From contig NIVC01000227.1 in NCBI GenBank assembly GCA_002269645.1, positions 186,001 to 250,000 on the forward strand: 64,000 nt of DNA. The letters are read 5' to 3'. The notes beneath the pieces were generated by a model, which was not told where the DNA came from, did not search any database, and worked only from the letters and a program-made list of their open reading frames with translations. Made by a program: the position numbers and the translations under genes. Origin of the DNA: Macrostomum lignano. Its lineage: Eukaryota. Below, piece by piece: positions 12,601 to 25,624 of this stretch. Every line of letters begins with the position of its first letter. Position 1 is the first letter of the stretch.

Positions 12601-15600
12601 AATTCCCCCAGATCATCACTGAATTCCCCCCAGATCCTCACTGAATTCTCCCAGATCCTCAACAAATTCTCCATATCCATATCTTCATTGAATTCTTCCA
12701 GATCCTCACTGAATTCTCCCAGATCCTCTATCTATGAATTCTCTCAGATTCTTACTGAATTCTCCCAGATCCTCACTGAATACTCCCAGATCCTCATTGA
12801 ATTCTCCCAGATCCTTATTGAATTTCCCAAATCCTCAATAAATTCCTACAGCTGGCCAGATTCTTATTGAATTCTCCCAGAACCTCACTGAGTTCACACA
12901 AAATACTGACACTACTCCCTCAAGTAATGCGATGCAGGCATGAAAATATTTGTTTATCAAAGAGTTTGATCCTGATTGGCTCTGTGTCTGAAGCGCGTCA
13001 TCTTCTCTAGCATTGGTCGGGCTGGTTGTGCGGTGTGAAATAATAAATTCTACTGTTTCCTAAACTGAGGAATGGGCACAGTTGGATCTCACTGACGGAC
13101 ATACGACACACAAATTTATAGTCTATTATCAATTATGTCTGATGAAGCTCAGGCTACTGATAGCAAGCCCTTTGATAATCCGTTCGAACTGACGGACAGC
13201 TCACCGGTCAATGTCGGCCCCAGTATTTCAGACGATATTGCGTCATTGGACCAATTTAATTTTTCCATACCGCTGCGATGTCGCCTGTCGAAGTGTCGGA
13301 AAAATGGTATAGATTTATTCATCTTTATCTATCATAACTTGCCATTCTAAACTTACATTAGTTTGGCGCCATTCTCGTCTACAACAATTTGGCGCCAATC
13401 TCGTCTCCCACAATTGGGCGCCATTCTCGTCTCCAACAATTTGGCGCCATTCTCATCTCCAACAATTTGGCGCCATTCTCATCTCCAACAATTTGGCGCC
13501 ATTCTCATCTCCCACAATTTGGCGCCATTCTCATCTCCAACAATTTGGCGCCATTCTCATCTCCAACAATTTGGCGCGATTCTCATCTCCAACAATTTGG
13601 CGCCATTCTCATCTCCCACAATTTGGCGCCATTCTCATCTCCCACAATTTGGCGCCATTCTCGTCTCCCACAATTTGGCGCCATTCTTATCTTTCACAAT
13701 TTGGCGCCATTCTTATCTCCAACAATTTGGCGCCATTCTCATCTCCAACAATTTGGCGCCATTCTCATCTCCAACAATTTGGCGCCATTCTCATCTCCCA
13801 CAATTTGGCGCCATTCTCATCTCCCACAATTTGGCGCCATTCTCGTCTCCCACAATTTGGCGCCATTCTTATCTCCAACAATTTGGCGCCATTCTCATCT
13901 CCAACAATTTGGCGCCATTCTCATCTCCCACAATTTGGCGCCATTCTCGTCTCCCACAATTTGGCGCCATTCTTATCTCCAACAATTTGGCGCCATTCTC
14001 ATCTCCAACAATTTGGCGCCATTCTCATCTCCCACAATTTGGCGCCATTCTCGTCTCCCACAATTTGGCGCCATTTTCATTTCCAACAATTTGGCGCCAT
14101 TCTCGTCTCCAACAATTTGGCGCCAATTCTCATCTCCCACAATTTGGCGCCATTCTCATCTCTCACAATTTGGTGCCATTCTGACCCACAATTTGGCGCA
14201 AATTCTCATCTATTATTTGGCGCCATTCTCATCTCCAATAATTTGGCGCCATTCTCTTCTCCAACAATTTGTCGCCATTCTCATCTCCCACAATTTGGCG
14301 CCATTCTAATCTCCCACAATTTGGCACCATTCTCATTTCCAACAATTTGGCGCCATTCTCAATTCCAATTTGCACTATTTTGTCCTCAATGGGTGCCCTT
14401 GACCTATGAAAGTGGACTCACTTGTTATTCCGCAGTGACATTTGTTTTATTTAATCTGGTTAAAAGCGCTATTCAAGCGTTATAGAATTGAAGCCTTATA
14501 AACGCATAAAGCCATCGGCAGGTTTAGTTAGTGTAAGGGCTACTTGCATTTTCATATATAAGTCTTCCAAGATTCCGTTCGTTACAAATTTGCGGTCCTT
14601 TTTACCTTGGCCCTAGCTGACTAACCAGTCACTGTGCAGATAGACAGGCAGGTTGCTGCTATTTGTGATGATAAAATTTGTACACTTATACAGGCCCGTG
14701 TAAGTTAGCTGTTAGGCCTGTAACTTGGCCCATGCTAATTTATTCATAAAAATCTGTGTTATTCAAGCCTTGTCTATACAGGCATGCGTTTGCGTTCTGT
14801 TTGGCGCAGTTCAAACCGTCTCTATAGGCCTGGTTTTTCATGTTGCTATCTTCAAAATTCACTTGGTATAAGCAAGCATTTAACAAGGAAGATCATATAT
14901 AGTCTGATGTGGAAAAAATCATATCCGAAAATTGGGATTAGAATCTCACCCCTAAATGGGGTTTAGAATCCCACTTGAGAATTGGGATTAGAATCCCACC
15001 CAAAGATTGGAATTAAAATCCCACACAATGATTAAAATTAAAATCCCACACAAAGATTGGAATTAAAATCCCACACAAAGATTGGGATTAGAATCTCACC
15101 CAAAGATTGGAATTAAAATCCTACACAAAGATTAGGATTAAAATCTCACCCGAAAATTGGGATTAAAATCTCACCCGAAAATTGGGATTAGAATCCCACC
15201 TGCAGATTAGAATTAAAATGCCACTTGTAGGTTGGGATTAGAATCGCATCCGAAGATTGGGATTAGAATCCCACATCCGATGATTGGGATTAAAATCGCA
15301 TCCGAAGATTGGGATTAGAATCCCACATCCGATGATTGGGATTAAAATCCCACCCGAAGATTGGGATTAAATTCCTACACAAAGATTGGGATTAGAATCC
15401 CATCTAAATATTGGGATTAAAATCCCACCCGAAGATATGGATTAAATTCCTACACAAAGATTGGGATTAGAATCCCACACAAAGATTGGAATTAAAATCC
15501 TACACAAAGATTGGGATTAGAATCCCACCCAAACATTAGGATTTAAATCCCATCTAAAATGGTCACCCTTTTATCCGTATTCCTAATACAAATCCGTTTA

Positions 15601-18600
15601 CACCTCTCACAGGCGGCGCTAATCCTATAGACGCCAACGAGGCTGCCGGCCTCGCCGAGGGCCACTATAACGACTTCGAGACCATCGACTGGCTGAAAGA
15701 CATCGGCCGGCACCGCAAGCGGCACCGAGAGATTCTGCGCCGGATGAAGCTGAGCTGTCGCGGCAAGCTGGTGTCGCTGTTCGACAGCTTTTCTGGCTGG
15801 CTGTGCGTTGGACTGATTGCGGTTGCCGCTGGTGAGTTGATGAAGAGCTGATGCTGCGGATTTGGATGAGGGAAAGTGGGGTGGAATCGGAGTAGATTTT
15901 AAGTTTTTATTAGATTAGGGTAAACTGCAGGATAGATTTTGTGCCGATCAGAGGTTTGAGTAGACTGCAGGGTAGATTAGGTGGTAGATAGGAAGATAGA
16001 GTAGACTGCAGGGTAGATTAGGGGGTAGATAGGAAGGTAGAGTGGACTGCGGGGTAGATTATGGGGTAGATAGGAAGATAGAGTAGACTGCAGGGTAGAT
16101 TAGGGGGTAGATAGGAAGGTAGAGTGGACTGCGGGGTAGATTATGGGGTAGATAGGAAGGTAGAGTGGACTGCAGGGTAGATCAGGTGGTAGATAGCAAG
16201 TTAGAGTAGACTGCAGGGTAGATTAGGGGGTAGATAAGAAGGTAGAGTGGACTGCGGGGTAGATTAGGGGGTAGATAGGAAGATAGAGTAGACTGCAGGG
16301 TAGATTAGGGGGTAGATAGGAAGGTAGAGTGGACTGCGGGGTAGATTATGGGGTAGATAGGAAGGTAGAGTGGACTGCAGGGTAGATCAGGTGGTAGATA
16401 GCAAGTTAGAGTAGACTGCAGGGTAGATTAGGGGGTAGATAAGAAGGTAGAGTGGACTGCGGGGTAGATTATGGGGTAGATAGGAAGGTAGAGTGGACTG
16501 CAGGGTAGATCAGGTGGTAGATAGCAAGTTAGAGTAGACTGCAGGGTAGATTATGGGGTAGATAGGAAGGTAAGTAGACTAAAAGGTAGATTAGGGGTAG
16601 ATAGGGCAGTAAATTAGGCTTCTGGGTAGCTCAGAGGGTAGATGATACTACGGTAGAGTAGGGTAGATTAGAGGATGGATAGGAAGGTAGAGTAGATAAC
16701 ACGATAGTTTAGTATGGGACTGCAGGGAGGATTAGAGCTACAAATGAGATTATATCAGATATCAAAGTAGATAAGTGATACATGAAAGTGTATAGTGGTC
16801 GAAGAGTAGACTGTTGGCTGGATTTGGTTTATAAAAATAGTTCAAATTAGAATAAATAATAGATTAGGAATAGATACCTTAGGTAGCTAAAGGACTTCAA
16901 TATTATCGATAAAGGATTGGGTAGATCCAGCGGCCAGTGCAGATGCGAGTTGTGTAGGCTAATATTTCAGATGTTAGTGGAGCAGCTGTTTAATCAGCTG
17001 TCTTACTGACTCTGCGGGTAGGCATTTTTGCATGGATATTTTAACCCTGCGCTGATGGAAAGAAATGAGATGCCAGCAGGTTGTTCTCCAGTTTCAATGA
17101 CATGTTTTTGCAGATTTTTTCAGCTCCCGCCCTAATGGTGTCGCAGTTTTCCTCCCTGATCCCCTTGTTGCTTCTATCTTCCTAGGCCGACTGACTCCCA
17201 GCTCCTCAGTTGCTGGGCTAGCCTCCCAAATCCTCATCAGTTGCTGGGCCAGCCTCCCAACTCCTCATCAGTTGCTGGGCCAGCCTCCCAGAGTGTCAGT
17301 TTTTGGGCCAGCCTCCCAAATCCTCATCAGTTGCTGGGCCAGCCTCCCAGAGTGTCAGTTTTTGGGCCAGCCTCCCAAATCCTCATCAGTTGCTGGGCCA
17401 GCCTCCCAGAGTGTCAGTTGTTGGGCCAGCCTCCCAAATCCTCATCAGTTGCTGGGCCAGCCTCCTAGATGTAGTGCACAAGTTTTTGTACGCCAAAATC
17501 AATATTCTTTATGAGTCTCAGCCTACCTGCGTAATGTTTCAGTGTGCGTTTAAAAATAATTTGCCTTGGCTCAGTCAATAACCATTATTTAGCACCTGTG
17601 ATTAATATACGGAGCAGACGACACAGATTAAAGACTTTGTAGGGCTTAACGGATGGAACAGAAAGCGTCTTTGCTCTCCAAATCCCAATTGACGCAAAAT
17701 CCTTTGACCAGATTTTCTTTGATCTTATTGTTTAGCAAATTGAGCGGAAAATACTCCGTTAAAGCGTTGCAGACTACTTCTAGTAATTCAGTAGTAAAGT
17801 GTGTTTTTTCTCCGCAATTTCCAGGCCTAGTGGCGGGAGTTGTCGACATCGGCACCACGTGGATGTCGGACCTTCGCGACGGGATCTGCGCCGAGGCGTT
17901 CTGGTTCAACAAGGAGCAATGCTGCTGGTCTTCTAACGATACCACATTTGATGATGAGCAGGCCTGCAGACAGGTGCGACTGGTTGTTGGGAGTCACTGT
18001 TCACTCTCTGATCCTATTGAGAGTCACTCTCTGATCTTATTGAGAGTCACTCTCTGATCTTATTGAGAGTCACTCTTATCTCTGATCCTATTGAGAGTCA
18101 CTCTCTGATCCTATTGAGAGTCACTCTTATCTCTGATCCTATTGAGAGTCACTCTCTGATCCTATTGAGAGTCACTCTCTGATCCTATTGAGAGTCACTC
18201 TTATCTCTGATCCTATTGAGAGTCACTCTATGATCCTATTGAGAGTCACTCTATGATCCTATTGAGAGTCACTCTATGATCCTATTGAGAGTCACTCTAT
18301 GATCCTGTTGAGAGTCACTCTATGATCCTATTTAGAGGCACTCTATGATCCTATTGAGAGTCACTCTATGATCCTATTGAGAGTCACTCTTATCTCTGAT
18401 CCTATTGAGAGTCACTCTATGATCCTATTGAGAGTCACTCTATGATCCTATTGAGAGTCACTCTATGATCCTATTAAGAGTCACTTTCTCTCTCTGATCC
18501 TATTGAGAGTCATTGAACCATTTGAGAATCACTCTAAACCGGTAGAGAATTACCTTAAACCAATTGAGAATCACTAAACAAACTGAAGAATCACAGTATA

Positions 18601-21600
18601 TAATTACTATGCGCCTCCCCACTCCGGTAGTGGTACACCTGGGCGGAGCTAGTTGGCGACAGCAACAAAGACTTCGGCGCCTACATATTCAAATACCTGC
18701 TGTACATCCTGTGGTCCCTGCTGTTCGCACTGCTGGCCGCCCTGCTAGTGAAAGTGTTCGCTCCGTACGCCTGCGGCTCTGGCATCCCGGAGATGAAGAC
18801 CATCCTATCCGGGTTTGTGATCCGCGGCTACCTGGGCAAGTGGACGCTGCTAATTAAGTCGGTGGGCATCATGCTGGCCGTGTCAGCCGGCCTGAACCTG
18901 GGCAAGGAGGGCCCCATGGTGCACATGGCGGCCTGCTGCGGCAACATCATCGCCTACCTGTTCCCCAAGTACGGCCGCAACGAGGCCAAGAAGCGGGAGG
19001 TTCTGTCGGCCGCCGCTGCCGCAGGTGTAAGCATCGCCTTTGGCGCGCCACTTGGCGGCGTGCTGTTCAGCCTTGAAGAGGCCAGCTACTATTTCCCATT
19101 GAAGACTTTGTGGCGCAGCTTCTTCTGCAGCATGGTGGCAGCCTCGGTGCTGAAGCTGGTTAATCCGTTTGGCAATGATCACCTGGTGCTGTTCTATGTG
19201 GAGTACCGGTCCACCTGGTCCGTGATCGAGATCGGCCCGTTCATCCTGCTCGGAGTTATCGGAGGCCTGTTCGGCGCGGGCTTCATTCGTGCCAACGTGT
19301 GGATTTGTAGAATAAGGAAATTCGGCCGCCTGGGCAGATTCCCAATAGCCGAGGTCATGCTGGTTACCTTGGTGACGGCGCTGCTAGCCTTTCCGAATAC
19401 GTACACCAGGATGAACACCAGCCGCCTGATCAAGCTGCTGTTCAGCAAGTGCGGCCCTGAGGACGAGGCGGAGCTGTGCGATTACAAGTGGAACAGTACG
19501 AATGACTACTCTGGCTCGGCTCCCGCGGGGCCCGGTATCTACAGCGCCATGTGGAAACTCATGCTGGCCTACCTGTTCAAGATGGTGGCTACCGTGTTCA
19601 CCTTTGGTATTAAGGTGATTTAATTGATTGTTTATTTCGAGTACAATTTTTGCAATAATCGCCCTTAAATGTCCTCTAGAACAATTGCCTTTAAATGTCC
19701 TCTAGAACAATAGACCTTAAATGTCCTCTAGAACAATCGCCCTTAAATGTCCTCTAGAACAATGGACCTTAAATGTCCTCTAGAACAATAGACCTTAAAT
19801 GTCCTCTAGAACAATGGACCTTAAATGTCCTTTAGAACAATGGACCTTAAATGTCCTCTAGAACAATCGCCCTTAAATGTCCTCTAGAACAATGGACCTT
19901 AAATGTCCTCTAGAACAATGGACCTTAAATGTCCTCTAGAACAATGGACCTTAAATGTCCTCTAGAACAATGAACCTTAAATGTCCTCTAGAACAATCGC
20001 CCTTAAATGTCCTCTAAAACAATGGACCTTAAATGTCCTCTAGAACAATCGCCCTTAAATGTCCTCTAAAACAATGGACCTTAAATGTCCTCTAGAACAA
20101 TGGACCTTAAATGTCCTCTAGAACAATCGCCCTTAAATGTCCTCTAGAACAATCGCCCTTAAATGTCCTCTAGAACAATGGTCCTTAAATGTCCTTTAGA
20201 ATGGCCCTTAAAATGCCCCTTCTCACCCGCAGGTGCCCTCAGGCCTGTTCATCCCGTCCCTGGCCGTTGGCGCCATAGCCGGCCGCGTCCTTGGCAACGT
20301 GCTGGAGCAAGTGGCCGTCTCCCGCATGGACAGCTTCCCATTCCGCCTGTTCTGCCGGGCCGGACAACCCTGCATCAACAGCGGCCTGTACGCCATGATC
20401 GGGGCAGCCGCCGCCTTGGGCGGGGTGACCCGAATGACGCTGTCTCTGGTGGCCATCATGCTGGAGCTCACCGGCGGCCTGCAGTACATTGTGCCGCTGA
20501 TGATCGCAGCTATGACTAGCAAGTGGGTGGGCGACCGGCTGACTAAAGGCGGCATCTATGAGGAGCACATCAGGCTGAATGGCTACCCGTACCTTGACAA
20601 CAAGGAGGAGTTCGCGCACACCACCATCGCAGCGGATGTCATGCACCCGAGGCGGGGCGAAGCCCAGCTGCAACTGCTGTATCAGGACTCCATGAATGTG
20701 GAAGACTTGGAGACTCTCATGGCCGCGTCGGATGTCAATGGGTATCCCGTGGTGGTGTCGCGAGACTCTCACTATCTGCTGGGATTCGTGACCAGGCGGG
20801 ATCTGATGCTAGCTCTGGGTGAGGAGTTTATTGACTTGGGTTGGCTGTGATAGAGAGTGATGACGTCACGGGAGTTAGGAGTAGCGGAAATCATCAAAGA
20901 ATCAAATAAGTTATAAGCGGCAAACATCAAAGAATCTGATGAGGGTATAGCGGCAAACATCAAAGAATCTGATGAGGTTAGCGGCAAACATAAAAGAATC
21001 AGATGAGGTTAGCGGCAAACATCAAAGAATCAATGAGGTTAGCGGCAAACATCAAAGAATCAGATTAGGGTATAGCGGCAAACATCAAAGAATCTGATGA
21101 GGGTATATCGGCAAACATCAAAGAATCAGATAAGGGTATAGCGGCAAACATCAAAGAATCAGATGAGGTTAGCGGCAAACATCAAAGAATCAGATGAGGT
21201 TAGCGGCAAACATCAAAGAATCAGATGAGGTTAGCGGCAAACATCAAAGAATCAGATGAGGTTAGCGGCAAACATCAAAGAATCAGATGAGGTTAGCGGC
21301 AAACATCAAAGAATCAGATGAGGTTAGCGGCAAACATCAAAGAATCAGATGAGGTTAGCGGCAAACATCAAAGAAATGGAAAAATATTTTCCATTTTTCC
21401 AGAATTCGCTCGCAAAAACGAGGACGGCATTGTCGGCGACTCGCTGGTGTACTTCACCGAGCACCTGGTCGCTGGCGCGGTCGCTGCCAGACACACAGAC
21501 GCTGGCGCCTCCTCCACTGACGGACAGCCGCCGGCATTGAAGCTGAGGCGAATCGTTGATTTGGTGAGCTTTGGCAGTTTTAGAATTCTGTACATATAGA

Positions 21601-22240
21601 CTCCGATTGGCTGATCTGATCTTCATCAAAGTATTCTATCAGTAGTCTTTTTACTTATTGCCAGAATTTTCCATTACTTGATTACTTAAGAATCTAAAAA
21701 TCGCCCTTCAGAAACCCCAAGAATCGCCCTCAGCAACCTTAAGAATCGCCCTCAGCAACCTTAAGAATCGCCCCTCAGCAACCCTAAGAATCGCCCCTCA
21801 GCAACCCTAAGAATCGCCCCTCGGTAACCCTAAGAAGAGCCCCTCAGCAACCTTAGAATCGCCCCTCAGCAACCTTAAAATCGCCCCTCAGCAACCTTAA
21901 GAATCGCCCCTCAGTTAACCTCAAGAACCCTCGGAGTCGCTTTTCAACTTTGAAGCCTTTATCATTTTCCTACTCTATGTAGCAAGGTCAGCTTCGCCTC
22001 TATTGACCAATCAGACGAATACAAGCCTTTATGCAACCCCCCTTTTCGCCCCAGTCGCCCATCACGGTCACAGACCAGACGCCCATGGAGGTTGTCCTGG
22101 AGATGTTCCGCAAGCTGGGCCTCCGCCAGACGCTGGTGACGCACAATGGCCGCCTGTTGGGCCTCATCACCAAGAAAGACGTGCTTCGGCACATCGAATA
22201 CCTGCACAGCATCGATCCACATAATCTGATTTTCTCCTAA
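9672..22240 (+). CDS. CLCN3: CLC-3/4/5-family endosomal 2Cl-/H+ exchanger, 8 coding exons
   Basis: Exons 9672-9918, 10833-11126, 15613-15831, 17825-17973, 18631-19614, 20233-20818, 21403-21563 and 22055-22240, all GT-AG and phase-compatible. Motifs: [20 protein letters not shown] (gating Glu), GGVLFSLEE (proton Glu), GLFIP, GGIYE, and two CBS domains (GYPVV; [11 protein letters not shown]). The symbol denotes the CLCN3/4/5 clade. Confidence 0.95.
9960..10795. repeat. ~7/14-bp minisatellite (gatccccgatcc[cg/ta])
   Basis: Direct tandem repetition filling the CLC intron 9919-10832. Confidence 0.95.
11150..12895. repeat. 21-bp minisatellite (gaattctcccagatcctcact) with an 872-bp higher-order duplication
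   Basis: Tandem units. The unique marker caacaaattctccatatccatatc occurs at 11788 and 12660. Confidence 0.95.
12975..13016 (+). promoter_or_regulatory. Two reverse CCAAT boxes (ATTGG) upstream of the putative alternative CLC first exon
   Basis: attgg at 12975-12979 and 13012-13016, about 120-160 bp before the ATG at 13135. Confidence 0.25.
13135..13306 (+). CDS. Putative alternative first coding exon of the CLC gene
   Basis: ATG-initiated [57 protein letters not shown]. It ends with a phase-1 donor (G|gtatag) compatible with the acceptor at 15613. It is unique sequence between two minisatellite arrays. Confidence 0.5.
13363..14362. repeat. 26-bp minisatellite (atttggcgccattctcatctccaaca)
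   Basis: Direct tandem repetition. Confidence 0.95.
14928..15555. repeat. ~25-bp minisatellite with an internal inverted repeat (tgggatt-ag-aatccca)
   Basis: Direct tandem repetition ending just before the acceptor at 15612. Confidence 0.9.
15915..16700. repeat. 41-bp purine-rich minisatellite (gtagactgcagggtagattagggggtagataggaaggtaga)
   Basis: Direct tandem repetition. Confidence 0.9.
17205..17466. repeat. ~30-bp minisatellite (tgggccagcctccca core)
   Basis: Alternating unit variants. Confidence 0.9.
18000..18520. repeat. 23-bp minisatellite (gagagtcactctctgatcctatt)
   Basis: Direct tandem repetition starting right after the donor at 17974. Confidence 0.9.
19655..20215. repeat. 26-bp minisatellite (ttaaatgtcctctagaacaatggacc)
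   Basis: Fills nearly the whole intron 19615-20232. Confidence 0.95.
20915..21376. repeat. 31-bp minisatellite (gcggcaaacatcaaagaatcagatgaggtta)
   Basis: Direct tandem repetition in the intron 20819-21402. Confidence 0.95.
21695..21928. repeat. ~23-bp minisatellite (aagaatcgcccctcagcaacctt)
   Basis: Direct tandem repetition in the last CLC intron. Confidence 0.9.
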
Positions 22241-22307
22241 ATCCGATGCATGCTCTACGCTAATGCATTGCCTCGCGCAAATTGGTTCACACAAATTTGA
22301 CATTAAG

Positions 22308-22313
22308 AATAAA
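22308..22313 (+). terminator. Candidate polyadenylation signal of the CLC gene
   Basis: AATAAA about 70 bp after the TAA stop, followed by GT/T-rich sequence. Confidence 0.4.
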
Positions 22314-23599
22314 TGTTGTTTGTCCTCGTTGTGTATATTGCAATTTTCTATTGTTCTTTTCATAATATTCAAATCTCTGATTGCAGCTGAATTTATCACC
22401 ATTGAATTTTTCTGTTATTCAGGCGGCATTCCTGAAATGCGTTCTAATTAAGCGTTATACTACTGAGCTACTTTCAATTGAGTAGTATCATTTCCTTTTT
22501 AGTAAGAAGCGTAAAATTATATTTGCTAACTACTTAAATGAAATGATTATTATTGTAGAAAGCTCTACTACTACTAATAGTAAGTAGACAAAGAAACTTA
22601 TGACAAAGAATAGGAAGTAGTCCTAAAAACGTTTCTTGATATTTCAGTATGTATAATTATCTATTGTTATTTGCCTTTACTTTTTATCTAACTCTTTCGC
22701 CACTAAACTGCTTCAGTGATCAGTAGTAATGATTGTTTATAATAGCATTAATTTGTGCCACACCTTTACGAACCTCTCACTGCGAATCTTTTATTCTGGC
22801 TAAATTCGCCTATCTTACTATTAGTAGGCCGACAAGACACCGCTACCAAACAGAGTTCGAATTTTGCGTCACTTGACAAATAGACTCTTGGATGTGTTGA
22901 ATAACCGTACATGATGTACTTTCACTGCAGTCATCGGAAACCAATTAACATGTAAGGTATATGAATGGTTAAAAGTACAAGCGGCTCTATTGCATCGTTA
23001 AAAATGTGATATAATCATTTCTAGGCTCGTACACACACAATGCGAGTAGTATGCGTGGATTACTGATGTATTTTGCGTCTTTTTGTTGTTATAAATTTTT
23101 TAAGGTCAGTCATTTTGAAAAATTGAAATGTTTAAGATGATAAAAATAATAATAGCTTTGTCCACAGTTCTGGCACACGAACAAAGCTGTTTTTGCTTAA
23201 TTCTGCAGAATTCTTTTATAATTATTCATTTCGTTCAATACAGTCTTGATAAACAAATATTTGATAATTTAGCGCAAGGAAAATCGTCTTGATCGTCCGG
23301 TAAAGCCAGATTAAATAATAATATTGAATATATAATAACTATAAAAAGGAAAAATATATGCTCGTCATCTAGAAGCACTCGGTAAAAGTACACACAGAAA
23401 CATTACAAATATATATTGATACATGGTGACGCGTGCATCGCCATGCTCTCTGAAAGTCCGTTTATAACACTGCCCTTAAACTTAAAGCGTTTTAACGACA
23501 ACGACTTGCACATCGCAATGTGCATGTGCATTTATGAGCAAAGCTTGCACTACGGTTTAAAACTCCAGTGCAATGCGCCGGCGAGAGCTTTACCAATTA

Positions 23600-24146
23600 C
23601 CACCCCCCCCCCAGATCTCTGGTTGGACTGTAATCACTCTCCCAGATCTCAGGTAGGACTCTACCACCCTCCAAGATCTCAGGTAGGACTCTACCACCCT
23701 CCCAGATCATAGGTAGCCCCCCCCCAGATCTCAGGTAGGACTCTACCACCCTCCAAGATCTCAGGTAGGACTCTACCACCCTCCAAGATCTCAGGTAGGA
23801 CTCTACCACCCTCCCAGATCTCAGGTAGGACTCTACCACCCTCCCAGATCATAGGTAGGCCCAACCCCCCCCAGATCTCAGGTAGGACTCTACCACCCTC
23901 TCAGATCATAGGTAGGCCCCAACCCCCCCCCCCCCCCCAGATCTCAGGTAGGACTCTACCACCCTCCCAGATGTAGGACTCTGTCCCAGATCATAGGTAG
24001 GCCCCAACCCCCCCCCCCCACAGATCTCAGGTAGGACTCTACCACCCTCCCAGATCTCAGGTAAGACTCTACCACCCTCCCAGATCTCAGGTAAGACTCT
24101 ACCACCCTCCCAGATCTCAGGTAAGACTCTACCACCCTCCCAGATC
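23600..24146. repeat. 30-bp minisatellite (cccagatctcaggtaggactctaccaccct)
   Basis: Direct tandem repetition with poly-C interruptions. Confidence 0.9.
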
Positions 24147-24419
24147 AGCGCTTGAAAAACAAGCGCTTGAAATATTGAATGCAAAATTAATAAGCACACA
24201 ATAAACAATATGATCATATTTCGAACTTTTGGGCGTGTTCCGTGTCAAAATTACTGCTATTACTGAATAATACATTAAAAACAAAACATAAGTACGCTTT
24301 AGCCACATGATATATAAAAATTAATACACACTTAAGCTCTTCCATGTACGCCTCTCCGTCCATCTGTGTTGCCTACGGACTGTTCTACCCATTTCTACAC
24401 AATTCTGTTTACGCATGTA

Positions 24420-24985
24420 ATCCTATCTACCCTTCATTCTACCCCTATCTACCCTTCATTCTACTGCTATCTACCCTGAATTCTACTGCTATCTACCCTG
24501 ATTCTACTGCTATCTACCCTGAATTCTACTGCTATCTACCCTGAATTCTACTGCTATCTACCCTGATTCTACTGCTATCTACCCTGAATTCTACTGCTAT
24601 CTACCCTGAATTCTACTGCTATCTACCCTGAATTCTACTGCTATCTACCCTGAATTCTACTGCTATCTACCCTGAATTCTACTGCTATCTACCCTGAATT
24701 CTACTGCTATCTACCCTGAATTCTACTGCTATCTACCCTGAATTCTACTGCTATCTACCCTGAATTCTACTGCTATCTACCCTGAATTCTACTGCTATCT
24801 ACCCTGAATTCTACTGCTATCTACCCTTTATTCTACCCTAGATGTATATCTACCCGCACTCTACTCCTATCTACCCATGATTCTACCTCATCTGCCCTTA
24901 TTCTACCAGATCTACCCTATTCTACCCCATCTACTATCATTCTACCCCAATCTACCCTTCCATCTAGCTCTATCTACCCTATCAA
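24420..24985. repeat. 22-bp minisatellite (ctaccctgaattctactgctat)
   Basis: Homogeneous core with degenerate edges. Confidence 0.9.
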
Positions 24986-25624
24986 CCCTTTAATTTATTT
25001 TAATTTTCTTTACTCTCAATTTCACTCTATTCTGATTCCCTTAGCCTAAAGAAAAGATTTACAGATTTTCAACTGGAACGCATCAAATGAAATTTATTAG
25101 CTAAGCAATAAAATCAAAGCTAATGAGTCTTTGAGTAAAAAATCTACTTTACTACACAATGTCAGTGTGAAACAAGGTAACAATTTCGCTATCCACATTA
25201 TACTGCAAGATAAAACTGCCACAATTTGTAGCAATAATTATAACAATAACATAATAACAAAAATAAGTAGCATACTAACAGTCGGTGGCTAAGAGGTTGA
25301 GGAACAGACGAAACAAGCTAAACATTCGACTTTAAAAAATGTACATTATATGTTGATAACTATATAACAGGCTTTCAGAACTGATTGGTTTATAAGCAGC
25401 ACCTTTAGCATTAATTATACGCTCGTTTAGTTAAATTTGTTATATCACAATCAATGAAATGTAAAGACACAAGGACACAATTTTAGGCGGCAAAGTTGAG
25501 GCAAGTGTGGAAACTTTCTGCAAATTCTGCAAACTTTGTTCCGAATATTTGTGCTTTGCTAATCATTCAAAATTAACTAAGAGAATCCGACAAACCTCCA
25601 CAAAAATTTCATTGGATCAGCCAA

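Noticed and set aside
11169-12870. Long SPRSS / RIWEN repeat ORFs (up to 347 aa) resembling SR or SP-rich proteins
   Set aside because: The 21-bp unit is a multiple of 3, so open frames arise on both strands. The array is inside a CLC intron with no splice support.
13363-14485. Three overlapping 270-330 aa ORFs
   Set aside because: All frames give the same permuted peptide from a 26-bp tandem unit that lacks stops.
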